Below, piece by piece: positions 52,506 through 64,000 of a stretch of 64,000 nt of DNA. Origin of the DNA: Octopus sinensis (Eukaryota); the NCBI RefSeq assembly GCF_006345805.1, contig NC_043012.1, positions 9,486,001 through 9,550,000 on the forward strand. Reading direction: 5' to 3'. Within the stretch, counting starts at the first letter, position 1. Each line of letters begins with the position of its first letter. A program made the position numbers and the translations under genes. The notes below the pieces were generated by a model that worked only from the letters and a program-made list of their open reading frames with translations, was not told where the DNA came from and made no database searches.

Positions 52506-53639
52506 GATAGAAATACGGTGCAAGAAATTTCATTCGGAGTGAAAGCAAATATTGCTTTCATGATATTTACTCAGTGTCTACCTTTAAAAGTATAAAACAT
52601 TCTTTGAGGAACTATTATTCACTTTAAAGGTTTCCGTATTTTAGTTCGGTTATGCTCTGCTAAATGCTACAACATTTATTCCAACAGAAAGAGAATTCAC
52701 ACAGTTTCTGAAGCGTTAAGACAGCTTCTGAATATAATACAATTAAAGGTGCATAAACGTCAATATTTTCCACTACAACGCCTCAAATCTGAACTGTCAT
52801 ATCTCTTAGGGTAAACAATATTGCAAACTGTGCCTACTCTCGTCCATATCGTTTGTGGAAGGCATGAGAGTTTGTGTATTCAATAAGACTTTCTTAAGTT
52901 TCCCAGTTCGTGCTTATGCATCAAACATCCTTTGAAATGTTAACATGACTAACATTTCACCTGTCATTGTGATTGTCAATTAATATTGGGTGCCGTTGTT
53001 CGATTACTGAAGCTACATTGCATTTTACATCAAACGGCTCTGTTCTCAGATTCACTATGAATTTCTTCAGTCAAAAAAAAAAAAAAAGAAAGAAAAAGAA
53101 AAGCCTAATAACTGCAAGACATTACAAAATATCAGCATCTTGGAACGTCAAGCTGCAAAGTTATTCAACACTTTTCTTTCTTCGCTGCTTTCTTTATTCG
53201 ATATCTGCAACTGATATCATCAATCACACACACAACTCGTGATTCTATGCTACCTGCAAGTATAATGTAGTTATTTTTCATCAGGTAAATTTGTCTTCCT
53301 CTGCTTTCAGAATGTACTGTTATGATTTCCTTAACCGAAAGTAAAGAGAAAATTAATAAAACGTGTAACATAATAAATGACATACCACGGATTAGCAATG
53401 CTTTGCATTAGATGCAATGATAGACTTTATTTTTTAATTCTTTTTAGCAACTGTTAAATACCAGGTAAGTCAGTTCAAAGACCAGATCAGGAAAGGACTT
53501 TATAATCTAGCGTCATCGAAGAAAATAAGGAAAAACAAAATTTAAAAACTGTTCAGTTGGTTCATGTGTAAATATGAGAGATTCAGATGAAACAGCGAGT
53601 ATACTCATGAATTATAGTTGCTTGTTTTCGGATCAATAA

Positions 53640-54382
53640 GGAGAAAAAGGAGGTTATGCATTATTTCTTTGAGAACACTCATCGACCTAGTGTATGCATT
53701 CCTTACTGTGTCACTTGAAAGATCTTTGAACGTCTCTTTGATTTCAGCCACCAGTTCGGCCTTGCTGTTACAGCTGTCTTCCTCAGCTACACCCCACGCA
53801 TAGCAGCTTATGTGATTACAAACGGTGGGATTTGGAGGCCAGAAACTGAGGTGGGGGTGTGAAGTCGTAGAAATTCTTCGACAACCACTTCCGACTCCTT
53901 TCGGTGGTATGGCACGGAGCTGAATCCTGGTGCCACACATGTGACCTTCTAGTGCCAACGCTTTCGAGCCACGGTTTGGCCGTAGTCTAAAAATAGCCGT
54001 CTGAATTCAAATAAAAATATCTAGGGATTAACTGCGACGTGCGAACGCGACCACAACTTTCAGTTCGTGCCTTCCGGTTTGCCACAACTTCGCTGTCTCC
54101 GTTCCAATCGTCCATGACTATTCTTACAGGCTTTACAGTATTCACAAAACATTGGGCATCAGTCGTGATGTTGGCATTTTGATACAGCAACAAACCATCA
54201 TGATACAGGTGACTCTTTTCCAATATTCAGATGGCTTCCAGTCCCCCATGTCAGTTAGCTTTATTCTCGAGTATGATTTTAATAATTTGACTCTCCAATG
54301 CTTTTGACCTTTCTCCAATACGTCAAACTGTTCTTTAAGAATGAGGCATAAAAACCGTAAAATTTAGTTCGAACATCCCGTA
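53640..54382 (-). mobile_element. Degenerate Tc1/mariner-superfamily transposon remnant
   Basis: Minus translation KPWLESVGTRRSHVWHQDSAPCHT..RSRKWLSKNFYDF, then (frameshift) FWPPNPTVCNHISCYAWGVAE..NSKAELVAEIK, i.e. decayed QDxAPxH and WPPNSPDxNP motifs. TIR-like TACGGGATG at 54382. Confidence 0.8.
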
Positions 54383-54427
54383 CATGTCACCAATCTATGT
54401 GCGATCGTAGATTATATCTCACGCTTA

Positions 54428-54630
54428 AACGCGGCGAAATGCGTAGCCGTATTTCGTCTGCCGTTACGTTCTGAGTTCAAATTCCGCCGAGGTCGACTTT
54501 GCCTTTCATCCTCTCGGGATCGATAAATAAAGTACCAGTTTCGCATTGGGTCGATGTAATCGACTTAATCCCTTTGTCAGTCCTTGTTTGTCCCCTCTAT
54601 GTTTAGCCCCTTGTGGGTAGTAAAGAAATA
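54428..54630 (+). mobile_element. 5'-truncated SINE family C with exact 15-bp TSD
   Basis: TSD tatatctcacgctta at 54413-54427 and 54631-54645. Confidence 0.9.
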
Positions 54631-55028
54631 TATATCTCACGCTTAGCAACACTCACACACACTCGCACACAGACATATTCGTCTTTTAGTGAATGAGGGA
54701 GGTTAATATTGGTACCTCGTTTAATTTCCTTTCAGTTCAAAATACAACATACTTTGGTATGAGTATTTCAGTATCTGTTATGTCAGCGGTCAGATGCGTT
54801 TCTGTCGGTACCATGCATATTGTTTGATTACACGCAATTAAGTCTCTGAGGTAGGGGTTTTTGTGTTGATGGGATGTTACAAGACCTCCGGCATTCAGCA
54901 CTTGTGTTGGTGTTGCTTATGGAGTATATTCTATTTTTCTTCTTGTAAAACCCATTGTAGAAAAAGCATATGAAAATGCGTATGAAAATGCTACTGTCAT
55001 GTGAAAATACCTGGATGACGATATTATT

Positions 55029-55240
55029 CTTTTCTACTCTAGGCACGCGGCCCGAAATTTGGGAGGAGGGGGCCAGTCGATTAGATCGTCCCCAGTACAC
55101 AACTGGTAATTAATTTATCGACCCCGAAAGGATGAAAGGCAAAATCGACCTCGGCAGAATTTGAACACAACGTAAAGACAGATGAAATACCGCTAAGCAT
55201 TTCGCCCGGCCTGCTAATGCTTCTGCCGGCTCGCAGCCTT
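55029..55240 (-). mobile_element. SINE family C (second tail variant) with 16-bp TSD
   Basis: TSD ggat(g/t)acgatattatt at 55013-55028 and 55241-55256. Confidence 0.88.
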
Positions 55241-56071
55241 GGATTACGATATTATTGACAGTGAGCTGATTTGAAGAGTGATCACACTGGACATGTTGAT
55301 ATTTTACTGTTTATTTTAAAGGAAAATCATGAAAAAAACCTAATAACCAAGTATAATTTCATTTTCTCGCTGGAGCATTAATCGTCACACGGCTAAGGAT
55401 TTTAACACATGCGCTATTTGTGTGAGATTCTAATTCCCTATCATAAGAACGATTCACGATTTTGACACATATTATTACGCATCGTTATTTTCATAGCATA
55501 AGGCAGCGTTTAGCGGAATCATTAGAGCGTCAGAAAATTCCTTCTTATAATTTCTTCTTTCTCTCGATGTCAATCTCTCCGTTTCCGTTTTCCTCTGCGC
55601 TCGATCAAATAAAGCATCAACCAATGTTTTGGTACCTAAATTTTTAAACCATAATCCTCATATTATGCTACCAATTATAACAAATCGACAGTTATGACCT
55701 GAGTCCAATTTGCTCTCCCGAATTATACGCAATTTATTTTAGTTAACCCAGCGTTCACTCGTTTTATCTTTTTGTATTTAATCACCATTCAAATGAAGTA
55801 ACAGCTGTAGCATATGATTTATGATTTATCATTGCGTTTCCATTCATGGGCGGAAAAGAGCGATGCTATTAACCGACGTGAATTATTTCAATCTATCTAA
55901 TAACAAGATTGTTACGAGTCATATGATGGTTAACACTACTATGTATGTATGTATGTATGTATGTATGTATGTATGTATGTATGTATGTATGTATGTTTGT
56001 ATGTATGTTTGTATGTATGTATGTATGTATGTATGTATGTATGCTTCTATGTATGCACGTATGTATGTATG

Positions 56072-56102
<31 letters not shown>

Positions 56103-56443
56103 GTATGTATGTGTGAACGTATGTATGCATGTGTGACTACAAAATTCCGTAAATCCTGTATTCTTTTTTACACACTCGGCAACCCTGGTCGCCTGCTCAT
56201 GGTTCTACAATAAAGAAAAAAATCCGCAACATTCCGTCTCAGTAAACCACTATTGTTCCTGAAAGTTGTTTTTCTTTATATATTTGCTACGGATTACTCG
56301 ACGCTGATAAAAAGTTTTCATTTTTTCATTTCGTTCCAGTCGGATTTTATCCCTAATTTTGTGGTTATAGAACCTAGCTGTTCTTTCTAGCGTGTTGAAT
56401 CATACGAGTGGATTCCTTATGTGTTGAATGCACACTGTATTTT

Positions 56444-56538
<95 letters not shown>

Positions 56539-56577
56539 AATATATATATATATTATATATAATATATATATATATAT

Positions 56578-56610
<33 letters not shown>

Positions 56611-57260
56611 ATGCATAACTATATATAAAGGATACGAGGACTTTCCATCAGTATGACGACTATGTATAAGATTTCATTATATAACTAAATTAATTATCTT
56701 TGTTAGATCACGCAGAAACGTTTGCCTTTTCATTTCTGTTCTAATCTCTCTCTCCTTTTCTTCTTCTCTCTCCCTCTCTTTCTCTCACTCATTCTCTCTT
56801 TGTGTCTGTCTGTCTCTATATTATATATATTTGCATGTGTGTGTGTGTGTGTGTGTGTTTGTGTGCATACTTGAGCTGTACTCTTCACGTGACGGTAAAC
56901 TATGGAAGCGTGTGCTTTTGATACCATGGGTAATATCAGGGAATTCGACATACAACATACACAGAATAATAATTTAACTTTTATCAAAATTTCTTCGTGC
57001 TAATGCAAAATGATAAAATGAATACTAATTTTCAAAAGAATATCAATTATCTTAAAATTAATGTGTGTGTGTGTGCGTCTATTTGCAATTGTGTATATAC
57101 GTATATCGGTGTGAATGTTCTGTATGCGTATATGTATTTGTGTATGGCTATAGATGTTTGTATATTAGTGCATATCCATATTTACACCCCAGCACACTCA
57201 CACCTACGTTTCTGAGTGTCTCCCATTTATTTCCATCTGAAGTACTACGAACATATTTCC

Positions 57261-57571
57261 CTCTTTTACACTTTTACTGTTTTATTTGTTTCAGTTATTT
57301 GACTGCGGCCATGCTGGAGCACCGCCTTTAGTCGAAACAAATCGACCCCCCAGGACTTAGTCTTCGTAAGCCTAGTACTTATTTTATCGACCCCTTTTGC
57401 CGAACCGCTAAATTTCGGGGACGTAAACACACCATAATCGGTTGTCAAACGATGGTGGGGATGGACAAACAAAGAGACACACACATACAAACACACATAT
57501 ATGCATATATATATATATACGAAGGGCTTTTTCAGTTTCGGTCTACCATATCCACCCACGAGGCTTTGGTC
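57261..57571 (-). mobile_element. 5'-truncated SINE family A
   Basis: Reverse-complement match to the 3' three quarters of family A. Confidence 0.85.
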
Positions 57572-58038
57572 TTTTCACAAAACATTATTTCATTTATGAT
57601 TATTCGTCCTTAAATTACTTTGTTTTATACAGGCGAATATAAGATTGTTCATCTTCCTTATATCACTTTTATTTTCATTGTTTTTCAAATAACTTTTCAT
57701 ATACAATATGCTTTAATTTCTTCGATATCTTTACAATTGACTGTCTCCCCTTAAGTGTCATATCCCTAACATTTGGTTCTCTCCTCTCTACCTATAACCT
57801 GTTAGCTCTAAACTCTGTCTCTCCTCTACCTATCATATTTTCTCCAGCCACATTCCCTCTAACACCTCTAATTTATTCACCCTTCTTTCTTGTCCCTATG
57901 CATCTTTCTTTCTCAGTGCGTGTACCGCTTTTTTCTTCTTATTTGGCCTTTCAGAAGCCAAAGATGTGTTTACACATTGCGCTTCTTAAATTAACTCTCT
58001 ATTTGTCTGTTTTTCTTTATTTCTTTGTTTGCGTGCAA

Positions 58039-58084
<46 letters not shown>

Positions 58085-59587
58085 ATTTCTCCCCCCTCTC
58101 TCTATGATGTAAACGTGACTGGAGAAATCAAATAATCAAATATTCAAAATATATATCGTTTATGATATTATGTAAAGATTGTTTCTCTTGTTACATTTTC
58201 TTGTTTGCTCCAGAAGAAGGGTTCATCAGAGTGGTCAAAACATTAGTTTTTTTTTCTGCTCGCAAGGATAAGTTTATAAATCATATGATACAGCAGTTAC
58301 TTCATTGTTGACTAAGTTTCAATGTTGACTAAGTAGAAAAAGACGAGACAAAACAAAACTCGGTAAGTTAAAGTTAAAAGTATGACACTTGAATACATCG
58401 TCTAGTAGACTTGTGAACTGATAAAGATATGAATACCATAGTTTGAAATCTAGAAAATGAAAATTTTTATTTTGAGGAGAGAGTCTTGTTGATATTCTGG
58501 ACTGCAGTACTCGAGAGCTGCTTTATTGAAACCGGAGGAAAACGGGAAAATTTGTACCGACTGCAATAGAGCGTAAAATATCAAAATCCGGAAGAAATAT
58601 ATCAAGGAATTTTTGACGGTCTAAAGATTCTGCCAACCCACTGCACTGCTCTGAAATTACAAGAATACTTTATTTCATATAGCAGAATCAGGCAATGTCA
58701 AAGTTGCGTAATAAGGAAATGGAATCTTCTGCTACTGGGGTTATTTCATTTCAATGCTAATGAAAATTTACAGTAAACTATTTGAAAGCGAACTGACGAA
58801 GAAATTATAAATTATTACACTTTGGCAAACTACAACAATAATGAAGATTAATAGAATTATAATGAAAGGATCATGGGAATTATTATCGCGATATACGCTA
58901 TACATTTATCAAATATTCTAGCATAATTTAAAAGTGTGATCTAGCTAAGTTTACTGTAAGTTGTGAATCAATTCTGATGTAATCTTAATTCTAATTTCGA
59001 AGAAATTCATGAAAAGACTGAATATTTAATGACATGATTCCTTCATAAATTATACATACATATATACATACATGAGTATATATTAGTGTATACATATGTA
59101 TAAACACACATATAAATAAATAAATATATATATATATAATATATATATATATACACACACACACCACACATATATATATATAATATATATATATATACAC
59201 ATATATATATAGAAATATAAATATATATATATATATATAAACATATGCATACATATATATAATATACATGTATATTTCTATATACATATATATATACATA
59301 TACATATATATATATGTACATATATATATATGTGTGTGTGTGTACATATATATATATATATAATATCATAGAAACAGCTGTAAGACCCTCTATCTAAAAT
59401 GCTCTAATATCTACATAGCCTTGGTTTTTATCTTATTACGCAAAAATTCTTTTATATATATATATATATATATAATAATATATATATGCATATATATATA
59501 TATATATATAATATATACATATATGTGTATATATATATATACATATATGTATATATGTATATATATATGTATATGGTCGGTGTCACG

Positions 59588-59670
<83 letters not shown>

Positions 59671-60909
59671 TAATCTATCAATCTATCTATATCTCTCTCT
59701 ATATATGTAAAAGTATGTGTGTATGCATATATCTATGTATTAATGCATGTATGTGTTTCTGAGTGTGTGTGCTTGCGTTTTCTTTTTGCGTATCTATACT
59801 CACATATACATGTGCACTCTAACACACACATAAATGCATATATGAATGAATATGTATATACACATAGATACATACATACATTTATACATGCATTCTTAGA
59901 AACATACGCACGTATATATATATATGTTTTTAATAGATGTGTATTTATGTGGAATGACACAATTGTGGAACACTTGCACCTGAGTCTCCAAGTTCTTGAA
60001 CAACAATTCAAAACTGGTTGTGCATTCGTCGACTTTTGCAAGTTTACTGCATGCTTAATACGTGAGTAAACACCGTCTTGCGCTTTTGACATAAACTTTT
60101 TGGTGATTGTAGATGTTAGCAACATACAACATGAGTTTCATTGGGAGAGAAAAATCATTTGTAAAATGTTAACGTAAGTAATGAGAGTTATTGGTTAAAA
60201 GAAAGACCTGTCCCCTGAAAAATGTCAATAAATTTAAAATAAGCGGGAAAATATATTTAACACTAACCACAAATAAAACACAAAATATTACACTAGCCCA
60301 GAATGGACATAGCATCTATTAGATCAGAATTACTTCATAACTGAGCTGATATTACAACAATATGAAATGGCTTAATATTAAATAATAAACAGCCATCCAT
60401 CATAGTTAGTGTATATAACGATGAATTATCTTGAGCATAAAATGCTACAATTGCATTTGTTGGCTGCTACATTGCTTAACCGTAGTTGAAGTCTGACAGT
60501 TGCAGTTCTATATTGCTGCAAGCACGGTGCTACAAGTATATTTACATGTCTCAAAATCTGTTCATTGAATTTACATTGTTTAAAATTTCTTAAAATTCTC
60601 CGCAAATCTTCTCAGTACATGTACAATTGTTAAGAGGAGCTGTTCTCTGTATTTATAAATTCGTTAAAGCTTTATGGCTTTATGCTCGCTATAAGTTAAT
60701 ACATTAATATTAAGTAGGTTTGCAACTCGCCAAAGATGTTCATATTGTTCTTGCTCCTAATATCCTTATTATTAACACCGCTTTCCGTTTGCAATTGTTG
60801 TGGGTTTTACTGTTTCTATTAACGGCTGCTTTAGCGCACAATAATCTACCAACCTCAAAAACTAAAGATAATTTTACGTTCTTATGCTTTTTAAAAACCG
60901 TTTTTAGTG

Positions 60910-61122
60910 GTGTTGCGTGCCTTGGTGGTTAAGGGGTTTGGATAATGACCGTAAGTTTCAATTCCTAGATCGAGCGACGCGTTATGTTCTTCAGCAAAAC
61001 ATTTCGTTTCACGTTGCTCCAGTCCTTTCGGCTAGGAGAAATGAGTAATTCTGCGACTAAGGTGCGTCCTGTCCTGGTGGGGAGAATATACTTTATAGAA
61101 ACCGGGAAACCGTCCCTATGAG
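60910..61122 (+). mobile_element. Degenerate SINE (head B, tail X)
   Basis: Colinear with 51297-51545 (cgacgcgtt.tgttctt.agcaaaaca.ttc.tttcacgttgctccag...gaaaccgggaaacc). Confidence 0.75.
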
Positions 61123-61700
61123 TGTATAAAACTCGGGAAAGAAGTTTACATTTTAGAACTGTTTTTGAATCGAAAACGAAGAGTGGGGTAGGGGTGGGAG
61201 TGGATATTTGCTTCGATATATATTTTATGTGCGATATTATAATTAACAGTGGTTCTCCTGGATCAGAGATGCGAGGGACAAGAGGGTGTCTAAGTCTCTT
61301 TGCGACTACATAGACACCTAAAACAACTAGCAGTATTATGGTCATACTTGTTTGCGAGTGGCGGCTAAAGTTTTGATGGACATAGAAGTCCCTTTAATGA
61401 ATTTAATCTGGGTGCCACAAAGAAATCCTTATTCATATTTGTATGGAATGTGTTAGAATTGTTGAATAGATAATGTTAAGTTGCAATATGATTAAGAAAA
61501 TTATGCTGATGTTGATGACGATGGCGTTGGTGATAGTGCTATTAATTATGATGATGATGATGAGGAGGAGGACGACGATGATGATGATGATGATGACGAT
61601 GATTAAGATTGGATTTATGAAAATAATGATAATGAACATTATGATTACGGTGACGACGTGGGTATCAACGATGATGAGGCTAATGATGATAAAGAAGTAG

Positions 61701-61740
<40 letters not shown>

Positions 61741-62095
61741 TGGTGATGATGATGATGACATCGTTGGTGTTCTGCCTGAACCCTAGGCCAGCTCCGCTGT
61801 AGTCGACCTGTAGTCATAAACGTTCAAGCAATGACAGTCTTGTTGCTCTCTCGGTCAAAGTGTATTTAAGACTACATTATTGAACGTGTCTCTACTTTCT
61901 TAAAATGTCAAGGTGGAATTTAAGGGAGATTTAGGTACCATTTTTTACTAGGCTAAGTCTTCATTGTCTATCTGCACTCGTTGATCATTTGTTGGGTTTT
62001 CCCCTATTTTTATTTTATCATAGTCTTGTCGACAAGAATGCTCTTGTTTTTGCTGTTGTTGTTGATATTATTATACTTTCTGCTGAAACAATTCT

Positions 62096-62511
62096 TATTT
62101 CTTTAGTGCCCGCAAGGCGCTACACACACAGGGGACAAACAAGGACAGACAAACGGATTAAGCCGATTATATCGACCCCAGTGCGTAACTGGTACTTATT
62201 TAATCGACCCCGAAAGGATGAAAGGCAAAGTCGACCTCGGCGGAATTTGAACTCAGAATGTAGCGGCAGACGAAATACCCATTTCTTTACTACTCACAAG
62301 GGGCTAAACACAGAGGTGACAAACAAGGACAGACAAACGGATTAAGTCGATTATATCCACCCCAGTGCGTAACTGGTACTTATTTAATCGACCCCGAAAG
62401 GATGAAAGGCAGAGTCGACCTCGGCGGAATTTGAACTCAGAACGTAGTGGCACACGAAATACCGCAAAGCATTTCGCCCGGCGTGCTAACGTTTCTGCCA
62501 ACTCGCCGCCT
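62096..62511 (-). mobile_element. Tandem pair of SINE family C (full copy 62281-62511 plus 5'-truncated copy 62096-62279)
   Basis: Two consecutive near-identical units. Confidence 0.88.
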
Positions 62512-63519
62512 TGTTTTGCAATTATTACCTTCTGTCAATAAATTTGTGCTGAAATAATTCTATCAACAAGTATTCCTCACCAAATGTTTGGTGGTCATTT
62601 TCGCAGTAGTTCACAAAATTTTGTCTTCTTTCACCTACGTCCCAAATATACACATAAATCATTACCATAGCACGTCAAAATACGACTTCGCAAATCTCTA
62701 CCAAAGACTCTCATTCAAGAAGCTAATATCTATATCTATTTTATTAAACATTATCATTCTCCAAACTGCTTTCTTACGACGGCAGAAGATGATTTGCAGG
62801 AATTTGTCTGCTACAAAACAGACAGAGTGACCGCACTTATTAGATTATTACTATTGATGTTGTTTTTCTTGTTTCTTTTCGTTTTTATTTTTGTATCGAC
62901 CGATGTTGATATGAATACTAATATTGTTATTGTTGTTGTCGTTGCTGTTGCTGTTGTTTTGCGATTATTTCCTTCTGTCAATAAATATTCGCCAAAAATA
63001 TTTTCAACGTATACAACTTTCATGAATACAGTTCACAAACAAAGAATATTCTTGGCGTCTTTCTCTTAGATCACTACTACACATATAAATCTATTTATCA
63101 TTATCTACCAGATACGGCTTCATACACCCGTCTCTGAGATCTTCTTCGCAATTTTTTTCCCTATGTATTTTATTAACTATCATTCTCAGAAAAAGTCATT
63201 TCGGAAGATACTCATATAAAATTCTATCCACTTATTAAATTCTTTCCTCTTTCCCAAATTAATGTTGAATTCTATACTTGCCTATGTATGCCTACATACA
63301 TACATAAATACATTCATGTATACATATATACACATTTACATACACCTTCCACCCACATATATTTACATGTGTGTGCTTATATGTATATATGTAAATATAT
63401 GTATATACATACATACACACACACATATATATATATGTATGTATATACATACATACACACACACACACACTTATATATATACATACATACACACACACAC
63501 ATATATATGTATATACATA

Positions 63520-63577
<58 letters not shown>

Positions 63578-64000
63578 CATATATACATATATGTAAATAT
63601 ATATGAGTGTAAATATACATACATACTTATATGTATGTGTGTGCCTGAATTCCTGCATTCAAAAGAAAAAATATATTTGGCTTTCTTAGTAAACGTTTGT
63701 TTTTTATTTTTCTTCTTTGGGGATATTTAGTACCCAGTCGTTTATTTATTATATTTCTATGTTGTTGCTTGCTGCTCCTTTTGCTGCAGTTATTGTTGCG
63801 ATTGCTATTGATGTTATCGCTGCATTAGTTGCTGCTGTTGCTGTTCTCTGTTAGTGCAGTGAACAGTTTCTGTTATGGCCGATGATGATGACGATGATTG
63901 TGAAGAGGATGATGATGAGTGTGAGGAGTAGGAGGAGGAAGGTACTGCAGAATATATTATTGTTTTTAATGTTACTACTGCTGCTGTTGCTGATGATGAC

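Overview
AT-rich, microsatellite-saturated animal genomic DNA. The repeat landscape (very abundant (TA)n/(TATC)n/(CATA)n tracts, tRNA-derived SINEs, R4/Dong, RTE, Tx1-like and Penelope fragments) resembles a coleoid cephalopod, probably Octopus; this is inference. Only one credible host gene is visible: a class A (rhodopsin-like) GPCR of the FMRFamide/sex-peptide/Srw-like type, coded by a single exon at 13444-14562 (-), with a splice acceptor just upstream of the ATG. Almost all other ORFs are microsatellite or SINE artefacts. The most striking unannotated signal is about ten type I hammerhead ribozyme (HHR) cores on both strands. Several sit in (TA)n-embedded foldback elements with a head/arm/inverted-arm architecture, the same architecture as a GIY-YIG Penelope fragment at 51573-52326. 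One 380-bp palindrome carries an HHR on each strand. Other notable points are a tRNA-SINE ending in an HHR, and a SINE family whose 3' tail matches the 3' end of the Tx1/L1-like LINE found in the same window. All motif calls were made by eye and need computational and experimental confirmation.
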